Shown here: piece after piece, positions 26,585 to 39,593 of the stretch
Numbering within the stretch: position 1 is the first letter of the stretch
Layout: the number at the start of each line of letters is the position of its first letter
NCBI RefSeq assembly: GCF_035084215.1
Contig: NC_090360.1
Location: 13,144,001-13,208,000 of the forward strand
Origin: Heptranchias perlo
Lineage: Eukaryota
Direction of reading: 5' to 3'
DNA: 64,000 nt
Position numbers and translations under genes: made by a program
The notes under the pieces: generated by a model
Databases searched by the model: none
Seen by the model: the letters and a program-made list of their open reading frames with translations, nothing else
What the model was told of the DNA's origin: nothing

Positions 26585-26763
26585 TCATCTCCTATGTAAA
26601 GGTCCGGCCAGACTTCGTTGACGTGAGCGAATTTTACAGAGCCTTTCCAGAAGAGACGCTCCAGTTCAAATGCCCCTGGCGTAACATAATCATCATTGGG
26701 ATCCACTTTCACCGCCGAGTAGGCGTTTGTTTTCTTGCAAATCTCTGTACCTCCAGAGGACAT
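26585..26763 (-). CDS. DUSP29: DUSP29 first coding exon
   Basis: ATG at 26763, donor 26585|gtaagt (phase 2). Encodes [59 protein letters not shown], matching the DUSP29 signature [14 protein letters not shown]. Spliced CDS is 633 nt (210 aa). Confidence 0.95.
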
Positions 26764-27534
26764 CCTGCCACTGCGATGTTCCTGAACTAGAGAACTTCTC
26801 CGAGTATCACTGACCTGGGTGTTTGGTACAAAATAATATTCACAGAAACCTTCACACAAAGAGATGGGACCAAAACGCTGACCCAGCTACCTCGAAACTC
26901 ACAGTTAATCCCTATTTTTTTTAAAAACATTGAAGATGATATTACCCATAACTACAGAAACTGATTATAATAAAGGTTCATAACAGGATTACATAATGAG
27001 TTTGGGTTTTTAACAATGCCCGGCAAGATTTCTAATATGTGTTATAAAATTATAAAGCCTTTTATGGAGAATAGGTTTAATATTTCATTATATAGGGAGC
27101 CCAGAGGAAATCTTTTCTTGCGATTCACATTCTGGATGTGCCTTAAAAGGTCTAGAATGTTCACATCCTGTTAAAAACAATCTGTGAAACATTCCCATGA
27201 TAATCCTTCACTGAGCACAGTCATGTTCGAGCAACAAAAAAATAGATGTAATGTATTCCCTCATCTGTATTTTATATTTTTTAGCTCCTTTATATTTATC
27301 TATATACCCATGACTTCATCTAGATAGATATCGATCCTGCAAGTATTATTCTCCAACAGGGTATGTGACCTGACCTTTTCAATGCTCTACTTCATTGGTC
27401 CACCAGGAGTTGTGTGTCAGGAACCTGGGGTGACTGCACCTCACACCAAGACGAGAAGGGCCAGGCTTCCACTCAGTTCTTCCCATTGATGACACAGCAG
27501 CTGAACTGAGATCAGAGTATATGAACAGCCAACA

Positions 27535-27915
27535 GTGTCAGCCTTGGCTCAGTAATAACACTCTCACCTCTGCGTTAGAAGGTCTGAATCAGAGATGTGA
27601 GCACATAATCTAGGCTTACACTTCACTGCAGTACTGAGGGAGTGTTGCACTGTTGAAAGTGCTGTGCTTTGGACATAACGTTAAACCGAGGCCCCATTTG
27701 CCCTCAGGTGGACGTAAAAGATCATGTGGCACTATGTGTCCTGGTCAACATTTATCCTTCAACCAACACCAATCAAACCGATTAACTGATCAGTTATCTC
27801 AGTGTTTTTTGTGAATCCTTGTTGTCCACAAATTGGCTGCTACATTTCCCTACATCACTTCAAAAATACTTCACTGGCCATGGAACACTTTGGGACATCC
27901 TGCAAGGGCAAGTTC
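27535..27915 (+). mobile_element. tRNA-derived Deu-domain SINE (SacSINE1/AmnSINE1-like)
   Basis: tRNA-like head, central acgttaaaccgaggcccc..tcaggtggacgtaaaagatc, L2-like tail. Six copies occur in the window. Confidence 0.7.
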
Positions 27916-28489
27916 TTTGTTTTGTTTTCTTTCTATTCTTCCACTCGGTGCTTAGTGCCACCATACCAGCCTCGTTCTAGTTAACATTGTTCAAAATTAA
28001 GTGCGTATGTATTTTGTAATTACTTTACAGCAGGAGCTAAGTATTTATTTTGATGATATTCTGGAGAACACAGTGCGGAAAAATTCTTTGCAACTGAACA
28101 AACTCGATTACTTTTCCAAAAAAATTTCTATAGTTTAAAAAATGTGTTGCTTGTTTTGTGAACATAATTACTAAAGTTTTTGTGCGTCAAAGACATTTCG
28201 CCACCTTTAAGTATCTCTCACAGGAGAGCAGGGCAATTTTTGAGTTCATTATTATTTGTTTTCCCCGAGAGGTCCAAAGTGAATTTTTGTCCCCATGAGA
28301 GCAGCAATATCAATGCTGAAGAATGGAATCTTTTTCCCCAGTTTTTGGACCCAATATCGGCAGCAAGCTCTCCCAGGTCAGACAAAGCATAAATTAGATC
28401 CAGGATACATCTCTCTTCACCATGCCCTCAATATTGCACCTTAATTCAATCTCCCAATCGCTCATTACTATAAATAGCACTCCCTGAGT

Positions 28490-29280
28490 AAGGGTTTGAC
28501 AAACAAGAAGTGTTTAATGGGGTGCTGCTCAAGAGGTTTGTTGCTAAAATTAGGGCATGTGGTATTAATGGGAGTGTAGCAGCATGGATACAAAGTTGGT
28601 TAAAGGACAGAAAAGAGAGAGAAGTGGCTAATGGATCTTTTTTAGACTGGAACGATATAAACATTGATGTTAGTGTTGGGATCATTGATCCTTTCATTTT
28701 TTTAATATATATATATATATATCAAAATTTGGATACAACACAGGATTAGGGGACATGATTACCTGTGAAGAGCACAGTAAGCAACTTTAAGAGGACATAG
28801 ACAGATTAGTAGATTGGAAAGATAGATGTCAGATGAAATTTGATGTGAAAAAATGTGAGGTGATACATTTTTGCAGGAAGAGTGGAGAGAGAAAATATTC
28901 ACTAAGTGGTTAAACCTTAGAAGAGCAGAAAGACTTTAGGATTAAGAGATGCAAGTCTTCAAAAATGGGAGGACAAGTTGATGAAACTGTACTTTAAAAA
29001 AAGCATATGGGGTCCCAGGTTTTATAAATAGGGACACAGAGTACAGAGTTCATGTTAAACTTATTCAAATCATTGGTTAGGCCATAGTCAAAAGATTGCA
29101 TCCAGTTTTGGGTGCCTTTTTAGAAGGGGTATCAGGGACTTGGAGAGGGTGCAGAAGAGATTCACAAAGATGATTCCAGGAATGAGAGGGTTTAGTTATG
29201 AGAAGAGACTCAAGAAAGTGAGGCTCCTTTCATTAGAGCAAAGAAGGTTAAGAGGAGATCTAATAGAGATTTCAAAATAA
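28490..29280 (+). mobile_element. Older degenerate CR1 LINE fragment
   Basis: KIRACGINGSVAAWIQSWLKDRKER; gagcaaagaaggttaagaggagatcta. Confidence 0.8.
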
Positions 29281-29657
29281 TGTGAGTGTTACAAATTTCA
29301 GCTCTACACTAAATATTCTCTTGCTTTGGTCATTGCAATAAGTAGACCCTGCGTTATAACACTATAACTAAAAACCTATCTGCAGTAAAGCAACAAGCTT
29401 CATTAAATATCATATACTGATGCATTCAGAGACAATATTTGTTTTAAAGAAACCATAAAATTAGTACACTCAACTGACTGCAATTAAAGGGCTAATTGTG
29501 ACAATATTTTTTCTTAAAACCACAAAACAGTCGCCAGAAAAGAGATTGTGCAGCGACCAGTGAACTAATAGGTGATTATTTCCTCATTACTATCGTATCA
29601 ACAAAATAAATACATATTGTGAAGTAGTCAAACAGAAAATCTGCCACCATTACTTAC

Positions 29658-29880
29658 CGATAGTGCTCCACTTGGTGGGTAGGGACAAACGTGAGGTAAG
29701 AGACAGGTCCAGCATGAGGATCAGAGTCCTTTTCTCTTTCTATCTCTTCCATTCTCTGTCTCTCAATCTCTCTCGTCTCTGTATATTTAGGATGGGAGCT
29801 GCTAACTTTGACCTTTGCTGTGGGTGAGGTCAAAGCCGACGCAAGATCATCGTTGCACAGGTGCTTGGACTATTTTTAAA
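29658..29880 (-). promoter_or_regulatory. Candidate DUSP29 non-coding first exon and muscle-type proximal promoter
   Basis: Strong donor cg|gtaagt at 29657. TATA/MEF2-like CTAAATATAC at ~29781-29790, E-box CAGGTG at 29858-29863, MEF2 consensus CTATTTTTAA at 29870-29879, AGGTCA half-sites at ~29809-29832. The coding exon has an acceptor just 5' of its ATG, so an upstream exon is required. Confidence 0.55.
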
Positions 29881-29939
29881 CAGTGCCTGAAATCCTAACC
29901 TCGGGCCTGCATTCTGACTCCTACTGGCACTGCAAAAAT

Positions 29940-30598
29940 CTACACATAATACAGCCTTAGGCGTGTCGGGGAGAGAGGGGTCCACATATAATATAGCCTG
30001 AGGAATCATAGAATCTTACAGCACAGATGGCAGCCATTCAGCCCATCGTGCCTGTGCTGGCTCTTTGAAAGAGCTATCCAATTAGTCCCACAACCCTGCT
30101 CCTTCCCCATAGCCCTGTAATTTTTTCTTTTCAAGTATATATCCAATTCCCTTTTAAAAGTTACTTTTGAATCTGCTTCCACCACACTTTCAGGCAGTAT
30201 TGCCTCATATGGCCTCTGGTTCTTTTGTCAATTATCTTAAATCTGTCTCCTCTGGTTACTGACCCTTCCACCAGTGGAAACAGTTTCTCCTTACTCTATC
30301 AAAACCCTTCACAATTTTGAACACCTCCATTAAATCTCCCCATAACCTTCTCAGCTCTAAGCAAAACAATCCCAGATCCTCTACATGACAGCGGGCCCTA
30401 TATCTCAGGTATCATTCTAGTAAATCTCCTCTGCACCCTCTCCAAGGCTTTGACATCCTTCCTAAAGTGTGATGCCCAGAATTGGACACAATGTCATGAG
30501 GGGGTTCATATAATGCAGCCTGAGGCATTTTGGGGAGAGGGGGGGTCCACATATAACACAGTCTGAGGTATGTTGAGGGGGGTTCTGTACATAATATG
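29940..30598. repeat. Degenerate ~40-bp minisatellite interrupted by a CR1 3' fragment (30005-30490, - strand)
   Basis: Units ggggtccacatataatatagcctgagg lie on both sides of the CR1 segment. Confidence 0.7.
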
Positions 30599-31744
30599 TA
30601 TTACTGACAGGTCCATGACTGTTAAATGCATTGTTTATTAATAACCAATTTATAAAGATAATTAACCACCAAACTACAAAGTGATTTTAAAAATGATTAT
30701 AGTTGTATTTTTGTAAACCAGTGGTTATGTTAACTATCACTTGCTGGTATAGTGTGATTACTGTATTAGACCAGCTATTGATTATTGACTTGTCGGCATA
30801 CAAAGAAAGTCTAACAATGCAGAGAAATTGCACAGTGCTGATTCATTCTTCCATTCAGGTCATGGCAGGAATTTGGTACCATGTCATGACATTACAATGT
30901 GTGGAGGTGACAAATGGTATCTGCTTCCATAGTGACTGCAGACCATCCAGCAGTTTTTTATGATGATGTAATCGGTATTACAGGACACATGCAGTGAGTG
31001 ACATTCCCAGAGGTTTGCAGATAGTCGTATTGAGTGGTGTGTCATTATTCCATAGTAAGCAAATCCCTACTGCTTTTTAAATACCATGCCAGTGCTGATG
31101 GAGAGTTGAGATCATCAAAAACAACTCTAGATGTCAACGCCACATGGTCAAAGATCTCCTCATTTCTTTCCCTTCGCACTCCCCTTTTCAAAAAGGATTC
31201 TGTAATTTGTTTTATAAGATGAAGTAGAGAAATTTGAGAAAACATAAAAAATCAAATAAGTATAATATTCTTGGATCAAAGAAAAATCTCAGAATCTGGT
31301 TGCATTGTGGGATTTGGTGCAGAGTTGTGATCTCACCAGCCTTGAGAACAAGACCGTGCAGGTGTTTTCACTGTTGCTCTTACATAAACACACAGCTCAG
31401 CTTTCTCTCACTTAGAATCATTTTTTTTTAATACTGCAATATTTGGCTGAGTTTCAATTAGACTAAAAAGAGGGAAGCTGAACTGAGTGAAAACCAATAA
31501 AGTAGCCAAATCTTGACTGACTCTTTCATCCCTATATTGGGTTCTAATGAGTCTGGACTATTACATTATACCATTGGTGTCTAGGGCAGTCTGTGGTGAA
31601 TAAAAATATTATTGAAATGTTCAGCCTCATCATGCTCTTTTAACAGATGTTAAATTGCACAAAGTTTCAGATTTTGAGACTCCGAAAACGCACCTGTGAA
31701 ACTTTGGTGTACTCAGCCAAGAAAATTTAATATTAATACTGAAA

Positions 31745-33260
31745 TTGTGTACCTTCTGGACATAGCTGACAGGCTGCCTGAGGGAATAATCCACTTAACC
31801 TCAGATGGAGGAACCTACTTGACCTTGTCCTAACCAACCTACCTGTCCACAAGAGCATCAGCATTGACTGGATGACCACTACAGAGTCTTTGTGAAGATA
31901 AAGTCTCATCTTCACACTGAGAACTCTTGTGTAGTGTGGCATTACCTCCATGCTAAGTGGGTCGGACTAAGGACAGATCTAGCAGTCCAAAGCTCAACAT
32001 CCATGAGGTGCCCTAAGCAGTCAGCAGCAGAACTGTAAACATCTACAATCTATAACCATCATAGCATGGCATATTCCTCATTTCTCCCTCACTATCCAGC
32101 TGGAAGACCAACCCTGGTTCAAGGAGGATTGTAAAAGGGGATGCCAGGAGCAGCACAAGGCCTACCTTAGCATGAGGCACCAACCTAGTGAAGCTACAAT
32201 TCATGCTAAACACAAACAGCAACAAGGTTATAGACACTTCTAACTGATTTACAACAAAGGGATCAAAGGAAAGTTCTGTAGTCCTACCACATCCAGTTGA
32301 AAATAGTGGTGGACAATCAGGTAACCAAGGAGGGGGAAGTGGGTCCATGAACATTCCCCATGTTCAATGATGAGAAACTCAGCAAGGGACAAGACTCAAG
32401 TGGTTGCAAATATCTTCAGCCAAAATTGCCAAGTGGGCGATCCCACTTGACACCCTTCTGAGGTCCCCACCATCATAGATGCCAATTCACCAAATCAGTT
32501 CATTCCACATTATATTAAGGAGCAATTGAGTGTACTCAGCACAGTGAAGGCTATGGTCCTGACAACATCCTAGCTGTAGTGCCAAAGAAATATACACTAG
32601 AGCTAGCTGGCCTCCTAGCCAGGCCATTCCAGTGCAGCTATGATCTGGCATCTATCTGACAATGTGGAAAATTCCTATCCAGAACAAGCAGGACAAATCT
32701 AATCCTGCCATTTGCCACCCTGTCAACTTCTCAGCTGCAGATCTCATCATTGCTTTGATACAGACATGGACACAAAATCTGAATGCCAGAGGAGAGTTCC
32801 TGCCCTCCACATCAAGGCAGCATTCAACCGAGTATTACATCAAGGAGTCCTAGCAAAATCAGTGGTGGTCGAGGGGAAAACCTTCCAGTGGTTGGAGTTA
32901 TACCTGACACAAAGGAAGATGGTTGTGGTTGTCACAGGTCAGTCGTCACAGCTACAGGACAACTCTCCGGGAGTTCCTAAGGGAAGTTTTCTTGGCCCAA
33001 CCATCTTCAGCAGCTTCATCAGTGACCTTCCCTCTATCATAAAGTGAGGAGTGGGGCAGTTCATTGACAGTTCTACAATGTGGAACTCCATTCACAACTT
33101 CTCCAAGTCATGGAAATATTACCATTCCTTCATTGTTGCTGGGTCAAAGTCCTGGAATTCCCTTGTTAACAACTTTGTGGGAGAACCATCTCACGGGTTC
33201 AAGGTGAAGGCACACCACCACCACCTCCTTGGACCGACGAAAGAGAGCATTCAATGCGGC
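31745..33260 (+). mobile_element. Degenerate CR1-clade LINE of a second family (endonuclease C-terminus, RT and 3' end)
   Basis: NLLDLVLTNLP at ~31812; ALHIKAAFNRVLHQG..GVPKGSFLGPTIFSSFISDLP (ORF 32712-33047); KSWNSL. Confidence 0.8.
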
Positions 33261-34058
33261 CTTGCCACATCACGAGAGCAAAAAATAAATAAATTAATAA
33301 CAAAATTTTGAACTTTGTACAATAAATTGGAATTACTGAACTTTAAGGTTATTCATAACTCATTGTGATTTATTAATACTTTTATTGATAAATACATGGT
33401 ACTAGTAAACATGCTGCAAACCAATTAGAAATAACAGGAGAAATATAATTTTGGACATCCTGATATTTACTTTGGCTCTTTAATACACCAGTCAATTCTT
33501 CAAACCTCTGACTCTTAATGTAATGTCTATTTGTTGACATTCCAGTTGTGTTTATGGAAAAGCAGCTCTCTCTTGGAATGCTGAGTGGAATTTCCTCACA
33601 TCTCTAATCTAGTCAACATTAACTTAAAACAAAAATGACTACGCTCACATTTCTGTTATATTAACTCTGCAAACTTTATAAACAAGGAGTACTGCCTTTG
33701 ATGCATTACCGTCAAACCATCATTCTCTGAATGATTTATTCCACTACATCAGTGTGCAAGAATTCTAATTGAATCCACCGGATTCCTACCCTTGTTACAA
33801 AATGTACTCTTAATACTTTCTGACTCGAGTTATAAACTTAAGGTGTAAAAACTTAAGCTTTGGTGCCAATAAAGCCATAGTAACCTGATAAACAACTGTC
33901 TATCAGTTCTCAGGTGTCCAAGAAAGTGCTGAGCTAAATTGAAGGTCTAAAGTTCATGAATGTCCATCTATTTTTGTTGTGTAGCATTCCTTTCTACAGA
34001 GTTTCTTCTTCGGTGAAGCCTCAGTGAGATGACCGCATGTTTAGCATTCAAAGTCCAG

Positions 34059-34258
34059 TCATCTTCTCCTTTCTTTCACGAAGGATGTGTCGAGCTCCCG
34101 GAGTTGACTGAGGAAACCGATGTTAGGTGAAATATTTCTATGAGCGCTCACAGTTTTAATAGCTTCGACTAGAGTCATCTTTTCACAGATCATTAAAAAC
34201 GCAAGGACCAGAGTTGCTGCTCGACTGATTCCCATAGCACAGTGGACAAACACTTTAC
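34059..34258 (-). CDS. DUSP13B: DUSP13B (TMDP)-like last coding exon, with active site HCAMGISRA
   Basis: Acceptor ctttgcag|34258. Encodes GKVFVHCAMGISRAATLVLAFLMICEKMTLVEAIKTVSAHRNISPNIGFLSQL, close to human TMDP LAFLMICENMTLVEAIQTVQAHRNI. Confidence 0.9.
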
Positions 34259-34459
34259 CTGCAAAGGAAGATAAATAGCCATATCAACACACACTGCACA
34301 GGACACTGTATATAGGAATGACTGATTTTCTGAAACGAGATGACCTATGATGTATGAGACAGTTACTTTGCCAATTTATGCACAACATCTCATAATAGTA
34401 GCATGATTGAAATCTCTTATTATTTTTAAATCTTTAAATACACAATGGGGATTTAAGTG

Positions 34460-34655
34460 CTGCGATGGTTTAGCTATGCTGTCCTTTCACCGCTGTGATC
34501 TGGGTTTGAAACCAGCCCAGGTTGAGGGGTAACTCTTCAGTGGGTGCAGCTGGCAGAGAAATTAGTTCAAGCCGCCTCTATCCAGTTACTAATTAGCATA
34601 GCCCCAAAACTGCCCCTAACTTGGTGCTGAATTGGTAATCTCACTCACAAAGCTC
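34460..34655 (+). mobile_element. Ancient SINE fragment, LF-SINE-like
   Basis: cctttcaccgctgtgatctgggtttgaaaccagcccagg...tccagttact..caaaac..aattgg resembles the recalled LF-SINE consensus. Confidence 0.35.
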
Positions 34656-35639
34656 ACAAGGATGGTGTGAAAAATGGAAATGTTATAATGGTGCAGTAAT
34701 GGGTGTTCCTGGTTTGGATGTGGTTGCTTTTTAGGTCGGTAATTACAGAAAAGGTATGAATATTAAATTGCTGGTTACAACATTCAAACAGATATTGCAC
34801 TGCAGGATACCGTGCAGTTCTGTATATGCCTATAAAGAGAGAGTGAGAGAGGGCAAAACACAAGAGTAAGATGGTACTAACTCCTTCAACCTACCTTTTT
34901 GTTTGACCTTTTGGTCCCCACTCCTAGTCTTTCCTTCTTTGGCCAGCATCGGTTTTTCCTCATGTCTCTGTGAAGCACCTTGGGACATTTTTCCATGTGA
35001 AAGGTGCTGCATAAATGCAAGTTATTGGTGCAAGGAGGTCCAGGTAAGCAATGAAAGAGCTGTAGGGTTGTGTAAGGGCTTTGCATGGACCGGCAGTAAA
35101 TATGTGAAACAGAATGGCAGGTTTGTGATATACACGGTTGTGCCATCCACCTGGTAAGTGATACTGTTGTGCAGCCATACCTTGGGTGGTTTCCTTGGGG
35201 TGGGTCATCTTCTTTTCCAACTGTTCCCAGGTCCTATTGGGTAGTGGACACATCATTGACGCTGTCCACCGCTTCCTGCCAGACATGTGACACCACTATT
35301 CTCTGGGGCGGACACCCCAGTTGCTAAACAAGAAAACTCTCCTCATACGCAGCACCTCCACTTCACCAACCATCAAACAAGGAACATGGATGCTGCTCAG
35401 CTCAGATTCTGGCTCCTGCCGTCGTGTTCATTCTGCCGCTCACTGCTTTTCCCTGACAACCTTTTTTGCCTCATACAGCCTTTGTCACTTTAAAATACCA
35501 AATGCTGCCCCCTGCCTTGCGGGGGTGCATTTATTTTGTAATACCCTGGTCCTGTTAGTGATTTTCTGCCATAAACATGAAGTTTGTTTATTTAAGGGGC
35601 ACTCTGGTCGTCATTCCTGCTGTTTGATAATTGTATGAT

Positions 35640-36100
35640 AGTCAGCCGTGGCTCAGTGGGTAGCATTATCGCCACCGAGTCATAAGATTGTGGGTTCAAG
35701 CCCCACTCCAGAGACTTGAGCACAAGACCTAGCTGACACTCCAGTACAATACTGAGGGAGTGCTGCACTATCGAAGGTGCCATCCTTTGGATGAAACGTT
35801 AAACCGGGACCCTGTCCGCCCTCTCGGGTGGACATAAAAGATCCCATGGCACTATTTTGACGAAGAGCAAGGGAGTTCTCCCTTGTGCCCTGGCCAATAT
35901 TTATCCTTCAACTAGCACCTAAAACTAATTTATGGTCATTGTCACATTGCTGTTTGTGGGACCTTGCTGTGCGCAAATCAGATGCTGCATTTCCTACATT
36001 GCAGCAGTGACTATTCTTCAAAAGTACTTAATTGGCTGTAAAGCACTTTGCAATGTGCTGTGGCCATGAAAGGCACTATATAAATGCAAGTCTTTCTTTC
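35640..36100 (+). mobile_element. Near full-length Deu-domain SINE (SacSINE1-like)
   Basis: A box tggctcagtggg, B box ggttcaagcc, Deu core gatgaaacgttaaaccg..gatcccatggcactatt..gaagagca, tail aaaggcactatataaatgcaagtctttcttt. Confidence 0.8.
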
Positions 36101-36807
36101 CAGACTATCAAGGGCAAAACTGCAATAATTGAAGAAGCCCACATGGTAGATAGCTCGATAGAGGCACATGGAACACTTCTGATGGTCATGCTCATGATCC
36201 TATTCCTTCACACTCCTCACAGGGTCCTGTCTTCACTCTAACTCCGTCTGTTTGCATCTGCCTGGCGATCCCTGGACTCCTGTGGGACTGATTCAGTCAC
36301 TCACGCTGTGCCTTTCTCCTGGTCTCGAATTCTCCGACACATCTTACTATATGTTTCCAGCAGGTGTTATATTTACACTCGGGATCAGGCGGGCAAGTGG
36401 AGTTGAGGTCAAAGATCAGCCATGATCTTATTGAATGGCGGAGCGGGCTCGAGGGACCATATGGCCTACTCCTGCTCCTTTTTCTTATATTCTTAACAGA
36501 TAGGGATCAGTGTCTCAGTAAATCTATATAGGCCCTACAAAAAGATAGCACTATATCAGTCAAGGGGTAGCACTGCCCTTTGGCCACTGTTGTTATATTC
36601 AAATAAGATCCGACTAATTGTTTTAATTGTTTTCTGGTGTGTGCCAATTCTTTCCTCTGAGTTTGGGAATTATCCTATGCTGTTTGCCCGTATTTATAAT
36701 AAATGTATCAAGAAAATAGCAACCTCTCCCCCAAAGTGCATATAAAAATACATGGGACTTGCTCCCTCCCCACACTCCTATAGTGCCAGTTGCAAATTGT
36801 ACTGTAC

Positions 36808-37325
36808 GGCCTAGAAATTCGTGCACAGGGTGCAATCCCGCACCTGAAAGTTGAGGCCCGAGGTGCCCCCCGGAAAGATCGGCAGACAGAGCGCGGGAAT
36901 CGTTAGCCGGGACGGGGGAGGACACTGGTAGCCAGAGCGGCAGCGGCCTGCATTTTTAAAATCTGGAGCCGGGAGAAGTATTTCTGCTCCTCCCGGCTCC
37001 ACGTTCAGTTAAGTAAATTTATTAAACTTACCTTGTTGGTTGCGGCCTGGTTTTCCTGAGTGCAAATGGTACCGGCTGTCTCAGCCCAAACCAAGCTTTG
37101 CAGTGGGGGCCTCAAATAGGCGTTAGGCCCCTTATTTGCATATGTAAAGGTCGTAAGGCCTGTTTGAGGCGTGGGCACTGCACGCCAATTGTTTGGCCGT
37201 TACCAATGTGGTGGGTGGTGCACTTCCAGCTTGTAATCAGCATGCGCTTTCTGCCCGCCATATTGGAGGCTTAGTAGGCCGTGTAGCGCCCGAAAAATGG
37301 GACTGCGTGGCCGAATTTCTAGGCC
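36808..37325. mobile_element. MITE with perfect 14-bp terminal inverted repeats (Harbinger-like)
   Basis: GGCCTAGAAATTCG at 36808-36821 and CGAATTTCTAGGCC at 37312-37325. Flanks TAC and TAT. CpG-rich interior. Confidence 0.85.
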
Positions 37326-37626
37326 TATAAAACACCTGTTAGCGTCTAAGTTCTGGAAGCAGACTGGTACAGTCACTCATCCTGCATTTTATATTCCTTC
37401 AAGTTCAGGGATACGTCATAAATTAATAAATGAGCAACTATTGTGGATTATCTGTGTGGACAGGGGACACCAGGCTTGGGTTTCATACTTGGTTTGTGCT
37501 TAAAAAGAACTCTGTTACACATCAACGCTACGATAGGTTCAGGTAAAAGCTGCTTTTATCTCCATCACCTCTCACTATGCCAGTGAGAATAGACATTTAG
37601 AGCCTGGGTTACTCCTATTAGAACAG

Positions 37627-39275
37627 AATCATAGAATGGATACAGCACTGAAGGAGGCAATTTGGCTCGTCGAGCCCGTGCCGGCTCTCTGCAAGTCCCA
37701 CTCCCTCGCCCTTTCCCTGTAGCCCTGCAAATTTTTTCCTTTCAAGTACTTATCCAGTTCCCTTTTGAAAGCCACGATTGAATCTGCCTCCTCCACCCCC
37801 CTCGGGCAGTGCATTCCAGATCCTAACCACTCGCTGCGTAAAAAAGTTTTCCCTCATGTCACCTTTGGTTCTTTTGCCAATCACCTTAAATCTGTGTCCT
37901 CTGGTTCTCGACTCTTCCGCCAATGGGACAGTTTCTCTCTATCTACTTTGTCTAGACCCTTCATGATTTTGAACACTTCTATCAAATCTCCTCTCAACCT
38001 TCTCTGCTCTAAGGAGAACAACCCCAGCTTCTCCAGTCTATCCACGTAACTGAAGTCCTTCATCACTGGAACCATTCTAGTAAATCTTTTCTGCACCCTC
38101 TCTAGGGCCTTCACATCCTTCCTAAAGTGCGGTGCCCAGAACTGGACACAATATCCAGTGTTTTATAAAGGTTCATCATAATTTCCTTGCTTTTGTACTC
38201 TATAACCCTATTTATAAAGCCCTGGATCCTGTTTGCTTTTTTGACCGCTTTCTCAACCTGCCCTGCCACCTTCAACGAATTGTTCACATATGCCCCCAGG
38301 TCTCTTTGTCCCTGCACCCCCTTTAGAGATGTACCCTTTAGTTTATATTGCCTTTCCTCATTCTTCCTACCAAAATGTATCACTTCGCACTTCTCTGCAT
38401 TAAATTTCGTTCACCAGCCTGTCTATGTCCTCTTGAAGTCTATCACTATCCTCCTCACTGTTCACTACACTTCCAAGTTTTGTGTCATCTGCAAATTTTG
38501 AAGTTGTGCCCTGTACACCCAAGTCCAAGTCATTAATATCTATCAAGGTCCTAGTACCGACCCCTGGGGAAGACCACTGTGTACCTTCCTCCAGCCTGAA
38601 AAACAACCTTCACCTCTACTCTCTGTTTCCTGTCACATAGCCAATTTCCTATCCATGCTGCCACTGCCCCTTTTGTTCTATGGGCTTCAATTTTGCTAAC
38701 AAGTCTATTATGTGGCTCTTTATCAAATGCCTTTTGAAAGTCCATATACACCACATCAACCACATTGCCCTCATCAACCCTCTCTGTTACCTCATCAAAA
38801 AACTCAATCAAGTTAGTTAAACCCTATTTGCCTTTAACAAATCCATGCTGGCTTTCCTTAATTAAACCACACTTGTCCAAGTGACTGTTAATTTTGTCCC
38901 GGATTATCGTTTCTAAAGTTTCTCCACCACCGAGGTTAAACTAACTGGCCTGTAGTTGCTGGGTTTATCCTTACACCCTTTTTGAACAAGGGTGTAACAT
39001 TTGCAATTCTCCAGTCCTTTGGCACCACCCCTGTATCTAAGGATGATTAGAAGATTATGGCCAGTACCTCCGTAATTTCCACCCTTCCCTCAGCAACCTA
39101 GGATGCATCCCACCCAGACCTGGTGACTTATCTACTTTAAGTACAGCCAGCCTTTCTAGTACCTCCTCTTTATCAATTTTTAGCCCATCCAGTATCTCAA
39201 CTTCCTCTTTTACTGTGACTTTGGCAGCATTTTCTTCCTTGGTAAAGACAGATGCAAAGTGTTCATTTAGTACCT
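37627..39275 (-). mobile_element. CR1 LINE, RT through 3' end, frameshifted
   Basis: ORFs 38551-38811 (YMDFQKAFD), 38400-38606 (KFADDTKL), 38111-38383 and 37881-38114. Confidence 0.95.
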
Positions 39276-39593
39276 GTTCAGACTGTTCAGCCCACTTCAG
39301 GCTCCAAAAGATATCTTATCTGCCTTTGGGACAGAAAGAAGGGTTAAAGTAGCGCGGTTGATGGAACAGCTTTTATTGAGCTTGTGCCAGATGAAATTCC
39401 AATTTGTTTTTGTGTGTCAAGAAGGGCCACTTCCACTGAGAGGTATTTCTTAATCACTGATTCCACTGCAAATGGAAATGTGACAAAAAATAGAAAGGCC
39501 GATTGGGAAGTGACCATGTGAGGAGATAGCTTTCTGACTTTACTTTCAAATGACATTGGACATCGACTATCACAGAGCATTCCAGCTACTTAC

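Noticed and set aside
26782-26859. N-terminal extension of the DUSP29 ORF given in the track
   Set aside because: It lies upstream of a splice acceptor at ~26782. Homology starts at the ATG at 26763.
35640-35712. tRNA gene
   Set aside because: The A and B boxes belong to the tRNA-derived head of a SINE that continues into the Deu core and L2-like tail.
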